A DNA stretch of 62,893 nt. It comes from Pseudomonadota bacterium (GTDB lineage Bacteria > Pseudomonadota > Gammaproteobacteria > Burkholderiales > Burkholderiaceae_C). Numbering within the stretch: position 1 is the first letter of the stretch; the number at the start of each line of letters is the position of its first letter. Where the stretch lies: NCBI GenBank assembly GCA_021807445.1, contig JAKBCY010000001.1, forward strand, positions 1-62,893. Reading direction: 5' to 3'. The position numbers were made by a program, and so were the translations under genes. Below the pieces are notes generated by a model that saw only the letters and a list, made by a program, of their open reading frames with translations, was not told where the DNA came from and ran no database searches. Below are positions 10,807-19,492 of this stretch, piece by piece.

Positions 10807-12153
10807 TCAACTACCGGCCACAGTCATCGCATCGAGAAGAACGGATCCGGTTCGACGGCTTCCGCTTTGGTACACGTCACTGCCGACTGCCGCGATGCCC
10901 AGAAACATGCGACGAAGATTGCCAGCGATCGTGATTTCCTGCACGGGGTGCTGAATGACACCGTCTTCCACCCAGAAGCCCATGACGCCGCGCGAGTAAT
11001 CACCGGTGACGTAGTTGACGCCATGGCCCATGAGCTCGATCACGAACAAACCGCGATGCAGCTTGCGCAGCATGGCTGGCAGGTCATCTTCCGAATGTGT
11101 GAGCCGGCTCGTCAGCGTCAGGTTATGCGGGCCGCCCGCGTTACCCGTTGTGGGCATCCCGAGCTTGCGCCCCGAATAGCTGGACAAGAAGTAGCCTTCC
11201 AAGCGCCCTGCCCTCACCACACGCCGCGCGCGAGTACGGACACCTTCATCGTCAAACGGTGCCGAGCCCATGCCATCAGGAACTTTGGGGTCTTCCACCA
11301 AATCGAGGTGTGGCGCCATCACTTGCTTGCCTAGATGATCGACCAGGAAAGATGCCTTGCGGTACAGCGTTCCGCCGCTCGCCGCGTGCACAAGCGACCC
11401 GATTAGACCCGCGGCCAATGGCGCTTCAAAAAGCACGGGATATTGCCCAGTTGGTAGCTTGCGAGCGCGTAGACGCGACAACGCGCGCTCCGCGGCGTAT
11501 CGCCCCACGACCTCCGGCCGTGCCAGTTCAGCCGGATTGCGCTTGCTGCTGTACCAGTAGTCACGCTGCATGTCATTGCCTCGGCCAGCAATGGGCACGC
11601 ACGACAGGCTGTGGCGACTGCTCGCATAACCGTTGGAAAACCCGCGGCTGTTCGCCAGCACGAAGTGCATATGTTGGGCCGAGACGCTCGCGCCTTCACT
11701 GTTACGAATGCGACGGTCGGTGGCGAAAGCGGCCTCTTCGGCGCGATGCGCGAGCTCCGCGGCTGCTTGCACGTCCACCTTCCAATGATGGTAGAGCATG
11801 GGATCACGCACAGACTTCGCCAACAGATCGGGCTCCGGAAGGCCCGCGCATTCGTCTTCAGCCGTGTAGCGGGCTATATCAAATGCGGCCAATGCGGTGC
11901 GGCGGATGGCCTCCAGCGAAAAGTCCGAAGTATTGGCGTGACCCTTACGCAGCCCCGCATAAACCGTGAGATCCAACCCCTTGTCGGTATTGTGCTCGAC
12001 CTGCTCGATCTTTCCGCGGCGCACGTTCACGCTGAGCCCCTGGCCCTCTGAGATTTCTACGGCCGCATCGGTGGCCCCGGCGTTTCGAGCCTCCTGTAGC
12101 GCCACAGCAGCCAGGTCTTGAAATTGAGATTTGGTGAATGCGAATTGGCCCAC
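10807..12153 (-). CDS. pmbA: Metalloprotease PmbA/TldE
   Basis: PFDDEG, TTGNAGG, GVNYVTGDYSRG, EITIAGNL. Likely start is GTG at 12153 after AAGG (the track ORF extends to 12240). Confidence 0.93.
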   Translation of the reverse strand: MGQFAFTKSQFQDLAAVALQEARNAGATDAAVEISEGQGLSVNVRRGKIEQVEHNTDKGLDLTVYAGLRKGHANTSDFSLEAIRRTALAAFDIARYTAEDECAGLPEPDLLAKSVRDPMLYHHWKVDVQAAAELAHRAEEAAFATDRRIRNSEGASVSAQHMHFVLANSRGFSNGYASSRHSLSCVPIAGRGNDMQRDYWYSSKRNPAELARPEVVGRYAAERALSRLRARKLPTGQYPVLFEAPLAAGLIGSLVHAASGGTLYRKASFLVDHLGKQVMAPHLDLVEDPKVPDGMGSAPFDDEGVRTRARRVVRAGRLEGYFLSSYSGRKLGMPTTGNAGGPHNLTLTSRLTHSEDDLPAMLRKLHRGLFVIELMGHGVNYVTGDYSRGVMGFWVEDGVIQHPVQEITIAGNLRRMFLGIAAVGSDVYQSGSRRTGSVLLDAMTVAGS

Positions 12154-12261
12154 AGTGAACCTTTGCTGGTCTTGGAAATGGAATGCGAAGCTCCACAATG
12201 CTACCGGGCCGATGATGCTGCCAAACCCGTCTTCGCTCAAGCGAAACGATAATACCGGTCG

Positions 12262-12822
12262 ATGAGAACCTTACGCACATCGGCAACAAAGCCCCACGAT
12301 CAAGATGCCCTCGCTGAGCGAGAGCTTCCTCCCAGCAAAAGCCAGCTCAAGCGAGAGATGCAGGCTCTTCAGGACTTGGGCGAAAGCCTTGCCGCGCTTC
12401 CTCCTCACCGCATCGACGTTCTTGATGTGCGCGATGACCTGCGCCAGGCCTTGCGCGAAATGCAACGCATCCACTCGCACGAGGGGCGTCGGCGCCATGC
12501 CCAGTACATCGGTAAGCTCATGCGCAAAATCGATCCCGCGCCGCTGCGCCAAGCTCTACTGGATGCCACGGGCGATAGCCGTGAAGCCGTAGCGCGTATG
12601 CACCTGCTTGAAGACTGGCGCGCGCGCCTGCTCAGCGGCGACGATGCCCTCAGTGCGTTTCTCAGCCAGTACCCACATGCCGATGCACAAGATCTGCGGC
12701 AATTGGTGCGTGCAACGCGCGCCGAAAAGGACGCCGGCAAACCCCCGCGCCAGTACCGTGCGCTCTTCCAACGACTAAAAGCTCTGCTCGAACCTCAAGA
12801 CCATGAACCCGACAGTCCGTGA
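12262..12822 (+). CDS. yjgA: Ribosome-associated protein YjgA/DarP (DUF615)
   Basis: PSKSQLKREMQALQDLG, RRRHAQYIGKLMR. Divergent from pmbA, the usual arrangement. Confidence 0.9.
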   Translation: MRTLRTSATKPHDQDALAERELPPSKSQLKREMQALQDLGESLAALPPHRIDVLDVRDDLRQALREMQRIHSHEGRRRHAQYIGKLMRKIDPAPLRQALLDATGDSREAVARMHLLEDWRARLLSGDDALSAFLSQYPHADAQDLRQLVRATRAEKDAGKPPRQYRALFQRLKALLEPQDHEPDSP

Positions 12823-13426
12823 CCCTTTGCCTGCAGCCGATTTCGACGCGGTCCACATCGGCCTGGTGTCAATCAGCGACCGCGCATCCAGCGGCGTCTA
12901 CGCCGACGAAGGCCTGCCAGCTTTGCGAGATTGGTTAGGGAGCGCCTTGCGCAACGACATGCGATTCTCCGAGCGCCTTATTCCAGACGACCGCGGAACC
13001 ATTGCACAGACTTTGCGCGAATTGGTGGACGAAGCTGGATGCCACTTGGTGCTGACCACAGGCGGGACGGGCCCGGCTGTGCGGGACGTCACACCGGAGG
13101 CCACGATGGACGTGGCCGACAAGGTGTTGCCTGGTTTCGGGGAGGAGATGCGGCGCATCAGTTTGCACTTCGTCCCTACTGCGATTCTTTCAAGGCAGGT
13201 CGCCGTCGTTCGCCGATCCACCTTAATCATTAACCTGCCTGGACAGCCCAAATCCATTCGCGAAACACTCGAAGGCGTGCGTGACGCCCAAGGACAGGTC
13301 ACCGTTAAGGGCGTCTTCACGGCCGTACCGTATTGTGTGGACCTGATTGGCGGGCCTTACATGGAGACGAACCCTGACGTTTGCGCTGCGTTCCGGCCCA
13401 AATCGGCACAGCGCCGTCCACGCTGA
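12803..13426 (+). CDS. mog: Molybdopterin adenylyltransferase
   Basis: SISDRASSGVY, TTGGTGPAVRDVTPEAT, PGFGEEMR, NLPGQPKSI. Confidence 0.95.
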   Translation: MNPTVRDPLPAADFDAVHIGLVSISDRASSGVYADEGLPALRDWLGSALRNDMRFSERLIPDDRGTIAQTLRELVDEAGCHLVLTTGGTGPAVRDVTPEATMDVADKVLPGFGEEMRRISLHFVPTAILSRQVAVVRRSTLIINLPGQPKSIRETLEGVRDAQGQVTVKGVFTAVPYCVDLIGGPYMETNPDVCAAFRPKSAQRRPR

Positions 13427-13579
13427 TCGTTTCCCCCTTTAAACCACGACAACCGTGCACCGCGCATGTGTTCTCGCATACGATATGCTGGAAATGTCCA
13501 TCGAACGGTGAACATTTCCAGCGGCCGCCACGCGTAGCTGGACGGCCATTCATCGATAAAAACGAGAATGGAGATCCAC

Positions 13580-14551
13580 ATGCACACCCGAAATATCATC
13601 AAAGCCTCCAGGATGGCGACCGTAGTCGGTGTCCTGGCCTTCGCAGCAGCCACACAGGCCCAAGCCGAAACCCTCACAATTTTTGCCGCAGGCACGCTGG
13701 GAAAAACCTTCAAGGAAGCGGCAAAAAGCTTTGAACAATTGCATCCTGGCGTCACCGTGCAGCCACAATTCGGCGGCAGTGTGAAGATGGTCAAAATGGT
13801 CACTGAGCTACATCAGCCGGCCGACGTGGTGGCAGTGGCCGATTACTCAGTCATCCCCAAATACATGTACGCCCACGGAAGCCAGGCTGCCACAGCCGAT
13901 TGGTCGATTGGCTTTTTGGGCAACGCCATCACCTTCGTATACACGCCAAAGAGCAAGGACGCCGGCACGATCAATGCAAAGAACTGGTATAAGGTACTAA
14001 GCCGGCCTGGAGTGCAGATTGGTCGATCCAACCCGAATACAGATCCTTCTGGCTACCAGACTCTGCAAATGCTGGATCTTGCCTCGAAGTATTACCACAG
14101 CCCCCAGCTTGCGACAAAAGTGCTCGCGAACGCGCCCAAGACGAATATGCGCGACACGGAAACTGACCTGATATCGGCGCTTCAACTCGGGCAGATTGAC
14201 TATTTGGCCATCTACCAATCGGATGCGCTGCAACATCATCTCAACTACATCAAGCTGCCGGCGCAAATTAACTTGAGCAATCCTCGGTTCGCCGCTGACT
14301 ATGCGCATGCCACAGCGCACACCGCGAACGGCGACTTGCCAGGGCGCCCCATTGTCTACGCGCTAACCATTCCCGAAAAGGCACCGCACCCGAAACTCGC
14401 CGCCGAATTCATTGCTTACCTGTTGGGGCCGAAGGGGCAGGCATTGATCAAGGAAAACGGCTTTACACCGGTGCATCCTGCCTACGCCCAACATGGCGAC
14501 AAGATGCCGCAGATGCTGCGTAAGCTCACGGTCACTTGGCCGGGTCAGTGA
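13580..14551 (+). CDS. Molybdate/tungstate ABC transporter substrate-binding protein, WtpA-like
   Basis: Signal peptide; FAAGTL, GGSVK, VAVADY, SNPNTDPSGYQ, ETDLISALQLGQIDY, LPAQINL, PIVYALTIP resemble the WtpA family. GGAG SD precedes ATG 13580. Confidence 0.8.
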   Translation: MHTRNIIKASRMATVVGVLAFAAATQAQAETLTIFAAGTLGKTFKEAAKSFEQLHPGVTVQPQFGGSVKMVKMVTELHQPADVVAVADYSVIPKYMYAHGSQAATADWSIGFLGNAITFVYTPKSKDAGTINAKNWYKVLSRPGVQIGRSNPNTDPSGYQTLQMLDLASKYYHSPQLATKVLANAPKTNMRDTETDLISALQLGQIDYLAIYQSDALQHHLNYIKLPAQINLSNPRFAADYAHATAHTANGDLPGRPIVYALTIPEKAPHPKLAAEFIAYLLGPKGQALIKENGFTPVHPAYAQHGDKMPQMLRKLTVTWPGQ

Positions 14552-14573
14552 CGGTATCGCGCATCGGCACTAG

Positions 14574-15416
14574 ATGCCTATGCGCGCGCCTGCGCGCCAT
14601 CCACACGAAGCTTGTACATCAATGAAGGCCCAGCGCGGTCTGATGTTCTGGATATTCTGGCTAGCTGCCAGTGTGGTGCTCGCGTTCATCAGCTTGCCCC
14701 TGCTGGCGCTCCTGCTGCGACCCTCTCTCGGTCAGCTGCGGGACGCAGCCATGCACGCCGGTATCCGCGACTCCTTTTTCGTCAGCCTTGAGGGGGCCGG
14801 ACTTGCAACGCTCATGTCCATGCTTCTGGGCGTGCCGCTCGCATACGTGTTGGCACGCCAGCAGTTTCGCGGCAAATCCATCGTGCAAGCGGTCGTCGAT
14901 TTGCCACTGACGATCCCCCACACCATTGCAGGCATCGCGCTACTTCTGGTGTTTTCCCGCAATGGTTGGCTCGGACCAGCCGCCGCGCACGTTGGGTTGT
15001 CGTTTTGGGGCACGTTCGCTGGTGTGGTCTTGGCCATGGCGTACGTTGGCCTACCCTATGCAGTGAACGCTTCGCTGGTGGGCTTTGATTCCATTGATCC
15101 TCGTCTGGAAAAGGCAGCTCGAAGCCTGGGGGCCAGCCCTTGGGAAACCTTCGCGAAAGTAAGCCTGCCATTGGCCTGGCGCGGAGTGATGACCGGTTTG
15201 ACGCTTTGCTTTGCGCGTGCCATCGGCGAATTCGCCGCCGTGGTCCTCCTCGCCTACTATCCGATGAGCGCCCCAGTAAAGATCTACGAGCTCTTCTTGC
15301 AGGCTGGGCTTAATCAATCGGTCGCGGCAGCCGTACTGTTCTTGATTATCGTGCTCGGGCTTTTCTGGATTCTGCGGCTGCTGGCCTATGGACGTCGCCT
15401 CGAACGCACTGGCTAG
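14574..15416 (+). CDS. Molybdate/tungstate ABC transporter permease (ModB/WtpB)
   Basis: GVPLAYVLAR, DLPLTIPHTIAGIALL, EAA loop LEKAARSLGAS, ARAIGEF. Start may be 14622. Confidence 0.88.
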   Translation: MPMRAPARHPHEACTSMKAQRGLMFWIFWLAASVVLAFISLPLLALLLRPSLGQLRDAAMHAGIRDSFFVSLEGAGLATLMSMLLGVPLAYVLARQQFRGKSIVQAVVDLPLTIPHTIAGIALLLVFSRNGWLGPAAAHVGLSFWGTFAGVVLAMAYVGLPYAVNASLVGFDSIDPRLEKAARSLGASPWETFAKVSLPLAWRGVMTGLTLCFARAIGEFAAVVLLAYYPMSAPVKIYELFLQAGLNQSVAAAVLFLIIVLGLFWILRLLAYGRRLERTG

Positions 15417-16530
15417 TTCCGAGGCAGTGCGCGCTGCGCCAATGTCGTCTGGGCCTGCGCTCGAACTACACCGGCTCGTTACGGCGGTAGGTCACTACCG
15501 CAGCAAACCGATCAGCCTGCGACTTCAGGCTGGACAAACACTTGCCTTGGTTGGGCCCAACGGCGCGGGCAAGAGTACGCTGCTCGACACAATTGCTGGG
15601 TTCCTTGATCCGCAAGACGGGCGGATATGGATTGCTGGGCGCGACTGCACGCAGGCACCACCCGAGTCACGCCGTGTCGGCTATCTATTTCAGACCGACG
15701 CTCTATTTCCGCATCGCAGCGTCGCGGAAAATCTGCAGTTTGGACGCCTTGCCTCGGAAGATCTCCACGGCCTGCTCGATCGGTTCAATCTGCGCGCGCT
15801 TGCCGCGCGCCGCCCCGGGCAGTTGAGCGGAGGGGAGCGCCAGCGTGTGGCGCTTGCCCGAGCGTTGGCAGGAGCGCCCAACATCGTGTTGCTTGACGAA
15901 CCGCTTTCCGCTATTGATCCTTCCGCCCGTCCGGGCCTGCGCGAAGATCTGGCCCGCCATTTGCGGCGGTGCAATGCTCCATCCATCATTGTCACGCACG
16001 ACCCGACTGAGGCCATGGCGCTCGGCCAGATGGTGGGTGTGATGCATGAGGGTGAACTGCGCCAGTGTGCTCCGGCCGCAGAGGTGTTCGCGCGCCCTGC
16101 CGACGTGCTGACCGCACAGCTTCTGGGTGTCGAGAACATCTGGGCGGGCAAGGTTGCCTCGGTCACTCCGACCGGACGTTTACGGGTACACATTGGCCCG
16201 TTGGGCGTGACGTGTCTGGAAGCTACGTCAAATGCAAGCGGTGACAGCACACTAATCTCTGGAAGGCCGGTCCACGTGTGCGTGCGCGCCGCTAACGTCA
16301 TCGTTGGTCCCGCGGCACAATCGCCCGCAGGCTTGGGAAACCGGATGGAGGCTCGACTGCTGGAAATGACGCCATTTCCCTCGTTTGTCCAGCTGCGGTG
16401 CGAACTCGCCCAGGGTGTCCTAATCGTGGCTCACGTACTGCCATGGCAATTGCGCGGGTGGCCCCTTGCTCCTGGAGCTCCACTGCACATGGATCTGCAT
16501 GCAGAGGATGTGCACGTCACGCATCTGTGA
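15388..16530 (+). CDS. ABC transporter ATP-binding protein (ModC/WtpC) with C-terminal TOBE-like region
   Basis: Walker A GPNGAGKST, LSGGERQR, LLDEP, VTHD. Confidence 0.9.
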   Translation: MDVASNALASSEAVRAAPMSSGPALELHRLVTAVGHYRSKPISLRLQAGQTLALVGPNGAGKSTLLDTIAGFLDPQDGRIWIAGRDCTQAPPESRRVGYLFQTDALFPHRSVAENLQFGRLASEDLHGLLDRFNLRALAARRPGQLSGGERQRVALARALAGAPNIVLLDEPLSAIDPSARPGLREDLARHLRRCNAPSIIVTHDPTEAMALGQMVGVMHEGELRQCAPAAEVFARPADVLTAQLLGVENIWAGKVASVTPTGRLRVHIGPLGVTCLEATSNASGDSTLISGRPVHVCVRAANVIVGPAAQSPAGLGNRMEARLLEMTPFPSFVQLRCELAQGVLIVAHVLPWQLRGWPLAPGAPLHMDLHAEDVHVTHL

Positions 16531-16617
16531 CTCATACCAACACGGCGGACAGCCCATGGCAACGAGTAAGCATTAGACTTCAGCGTCTGATTTCTTCCGC
16601 GCCCCTCCAACGCATCC

Positions 16618-17001
16618 ATGCGGCTTCTCGGCAACATTATCTGGCTAATCTTTGGCGGCCTCCTCATGGCCATAGCCTGGTGGGTTGCAGCCCTGCTTTG
16701 CTCGATCACCATCGTCGGAATACCCTGGGCCATTGCCGCATTTCGCATCGGAACCTTCAGTTTCTGGCCTTTTGGAAGACGCGTCGTGGACAAACCTGAA
16801 GGTACCGTGGCAGGTGCCTTCAGCGCGCTGGGCAACCTGGTCTGGGCCGTGTTGTTCGGTTGGTGGCTCGCACTTGGGCACTTGGTGGCGGCATTAGCAT
16901 GCGCCGCCACCATTATCGGGATTCCGTTCGCTTTGCAACACCTTAAACTGGCCGGTCTGTCTTTTTTTCCGTATGGCAAAGACATTGCGCCTATTGTGTA
17001 G
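16618..17001 (+). CDS. yccF: YccF-domain inner membrane protein
   Basis: Two repeats of GN(I/L)xW...TI(V/I)GIP...PFG/PYG. Confidence 0.88.
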   Translation: MRLLGNIIWLIFGGLLMAIAWWVAALLCSITIVGIPWAIAAFRIGTFSFWPFGRRVVDKPEGTVAGAFSALGNLVWAVLFGWWLALGHLVAALACAATIIGIPFALQHLKLAGLSFFPYGKDIAPIV

Positions 17002-17016
17002 GGGTCACAGCCGGGT

Positions 17017-17676
17017 TCACACCAAGCCTAGATCGAGCAACTGTTCCGGTTGCTCTATGACGTAGTGTGCGCCCCAGCTGCGCGGTTCTTGCCGACCGCA
17101 ATAACCGTAAGCGGCCGCTGCGGCGCCCATGCCTGCGGACTGCGCGGATTGCATGTCACGCAGATCGTCCCCCACATAAAGACATTGGGCGGGCGCAACC
17201 CCGATCATGGCTGCCGCATGCAACAAAGGATCAGGCGCTGGTTTGGGATTGGCGGTGGTGTCGCCGCTGACGACACATGCGGGCTGGGACGGTAGACGCA
17301 TGGCGTCGAGCAAAGCGAGCGTGAGTCTCGCAATCTTGTTGGTCACAATGCCCCAAGGAACCGCGTGTCGATCCAGATACCCAAGAACCTGGTCTACACC
17401 AGGGAAAAGCTGCGTGTGCACGCAGATGTTCTGTGCATAATTGTGAAGAAACTCGTCGCGCATCGCCTCGTAGCCTGGATCCCTCGGCGCCGTCCCAAAG
17501 CCTATCTGGAGCAATCCACGCGCTCCGTGAGAAGCCATGGGACGAAGCTCCTCAACTGGCAGCGCGGGCAAGCCGCGATCAATGCGCATGCGATTTACTG
17601 CCGCGGCAAGATCGGGCGCCGTATCCGCCAATGTTCCATCAAGATCGAACAAGATGGCCTTGTACACGCCGGTCAT
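17017..17676 (-). CDS. gph: HAD-family phosphoglycolate phosphatase
   Basis: FDLDGTLAD, VTNK, KPAPDP, YVGDDLRD. Overlaps the ubiG stop. Confidence 0.88.
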   Translation of the reverse strand: MTGVYKAILFDLDGTLADTAPDLAAAVNRMRIDRGLPALPVEELRPMASHGARGLLQIGFGTAPRDPGYEAMRDEFLHNYAQNICVHTQLFPGVDQVLGYLDRHAVPWGIVTNKIARLTLALLDAMRLPSQPACVVSGDTTANPKPAPDPLLHAAAMIGVAPAQCLYVGDDLRDMQSAQSAGMGAAAAAYGYCGRQEPRSWGAHYVIEQPEQLLDLGLV

Positions 17677-18368
17677 GCAGGGCGCCTACACACAAGGAAA
17701 TAGTTCACGTCCACATTCCTACTCAGACGGAAGCTGCGATCGAGAAGACTGACCTCAAGGCCCTTGAATTCAACTAGATCGAGACCCGCTTGTCGGGCCC
17801 ATGCGGCGAGCTCACTCGGGCGAATGAACTTCGCATACTCGTGCGTGCCTTTGGGCAGCATGCGCAGGAGGTATTCGGCGCCGAGTATTGCAAGTGCAAA
17901 TGCCTTCGCGTTGCGGTTGATCGTCGAGAAAAAGACAAAACCTCCGGGGCGCACGAGTTCGGCTGCTGCCTGCACGATGGAAGCCGGGCGCGGCACATGT
18001 TCGAGCATTTCCATGCAGCACACCACATCGAAACTTCCTGGCTGCTCAGCGGCCAGTTGCTCCGCTGACACAAGCCGGTAGTCAACCTTGATCCCGGCTT
18101 CCAATGCGTGCAAACGGGCCACCTTCAACGCCTTGTCACCCAAGTCAATTCCCGTCACCTCAGCGCCCTGAGCTGACATGGACTCGCTGAGGATTCCGCC
18201 ACCGCAGCCGATGTCAAGCACCCGGGCGCCGCCAAGTGTTGCATGACTGGCGATCCAGCTTAGGCGAATGGGATTGATGTCGTGCAACGGTTTGAATTCC
18301 CCGTCCAAATCCCACCACCGGTGCGCGGCATCCGCAAATTTCTTCAGTTCCGAGGCTTCCGCATTCAT
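17673..18368 (-). CDS. ubiG: Ubiquinone biosynthesis O-methyltransferase
   Basis: WWDLDGEFKPLHDINP, LDIGCGGG, CMEMLEHVP, GTHEYAKFIRPSEL. Confidence 0.97.
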   Translation of the reverse strand: MNAEASELKKFADAAHRWWDLDGEFKPLHDINPIRLSWIASHATLGGARVLDIGCGGGILSESMSAQGAEVTGIDLGDKALKVARLHALEAGIKVDYRLVSAEQLAAEQPGSFDVVCCMEMLEHVPRPASIVQAAAELVRPGGFVFFSTINRNAKAFALAILGAEYLLRMLPKGTHEYAKFIRPSELAAWARQAGLDLVEFKGLEVSLLDRSFRLSRNVDVNYFLVCRRPA

Positions 18369-18449
18369 CAAGACACCCGATTCAAAGACACCGATAGGTT
18401 ACACGTAGCGCCGGATGGCAGCTCCATAGGGGGCAATGCGCATTCCATG

Positions 18450-18476
18450 AAAAAACCCCGCCGCAGCGGGGTTTTT
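18450..18476. terminator. Bidirectional-type intrinsic terminator downstream of ompA
   Basis: AAAAAA-CCCCGC-CGCA-GCGGGG-TTTTT. Confidence 0.85.
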
Positions 18477-18493
18477 GGCAGCGTCGAGGCGAC

Positions 18494-19177
18494 TCACTGG
18501 GTCACCATGTGGGAGCCAACGATCTCAACCACAGCGCGGCGGTTGGGGGCTTGGCATTCGACACGCTTCTTGAACGTACCTTTGCAGCTCTTCGGGTCGA
18601 CGCGGAAGTCGGTCTTGCCCTTGCCTTCGATGTAGATCTTGTCAGCTGGGATGCCCTTGCTCACCAAATAAGCCTTGACCGCTTGGGCACGCCGCACGGA
18701 AAGCTTCTGGTTATACGCAACGCTACCGAAGCTATCTGTGTAGCCGGTGGAAACCACAGTTTCAAGATTGACGGCCTTGATTTTCTGAGCCAGATCGTCC
18801 AACGCCTGTTTACCTGCAGGTTGCAGCACGGCCTTGTCGAACTGGAAGAACGCATCAGCCGAGTACGTCACCTTTTGACTGACCGGGACTGGAGCAGGGG
18901 CCGGAGCAGGGGCCGGAGCAGCTTCGGGTACTGGCGCAGGCGCGGGTGCCGGCGCTGCCTTAGCAACAATAGCGCCGTCGCAACCCTGGGCGGCGGTAGC
19001 CGGGGTCCAGAAATTGTCACGCCAGCACAGTGAATTGTCACCGTTTTTCCAATTCAATCCAAACGGGCTCTTCCAGTTGTCAATGGTTTTGGCGTCTTGA
19101 GCGAAGGCAACCGTCGTCGCAGAGGCGGCAAGCGCGGACACGATCAAAAGTCTTGCGAATTTGTTGGCTTTAATCAT
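18494..19177 (-). CDS. ompA: OmpA-family outer membrane/peptidoglycan-binding protein
   Basis: Signal peptide, CWRDNFWTPATA, Pro-Ala linker, OmpA_C motifs GYTDSFG, NQKLSVRRA, NRRAVVEI. Confidence 0.93.
   Translation of the reverse strand: MIKANKFARLLIVSALAASATTVAFAQDAKTIDNWKSPFGLNWKNGDNSLCWRDNFWTPATAAQGCDGAIVAKAAPAPAPAPVPEAAPAPAPAPAPVPVSQKVTYSADAFFQFDKAVLQPAGKQALDDLAQKIKAVNLETVVSTGYTDSFGSVAYNQKLSVRRAQAVKAYLVSKGIPADKIYIEGKGKTDFRVDPKSCKGTFKKRVECQAPNRRAVVEIVGSHMVTQ
18891..18921. repeat. 12-bp coding tandem repeat (Pro-Ala linker of OmpA)
   Basis: GGAGCAGGGGCC twice plus GGAGCAG. Confidence 0.8.
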
Positions 19178-19492
19178 CGTTCTTTCCTTTCAATAGTAAG
19201 GACCGCAATCAATCTTATGCGTACATGATAAGTCGTCAAGGCTGCCATTTATAGGGAGACCGTAAAGGCTCACCCGGATTAACCTTCAGGAGTTTCAATT
19301 CTGCAACAGCGACCAGCGCTTTGATGACCCTTGCGCATGCACTGACCTTGAAGCTTGTAGTGCCCAAACAAGCACGAATTGGGGCTTTGGGCGCCCCGCT
19401 GAAGTCCCAACCCGCGCTGCTACCATTGAAGGCTTGATTTTTATTGGCGCCGCTCTCTAACACGCGCGGCGGCGCCCTGCACTGGGTCACGA

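Noticed and set aside
13491-13518. Zur box resemblance (GAAATGT...ACATTTC arms)
   Set aside because: The spacer is 14 nt rather than about 9 and lacks the AT-rich TATA core.
19178-19492. Possible tmRNA or other ncRNA in the ompA-gyrA spacer
   Set aside because: No tRNA-like ends or tag-peptide frame recognised. Consistent with divergent promoters and leaders.
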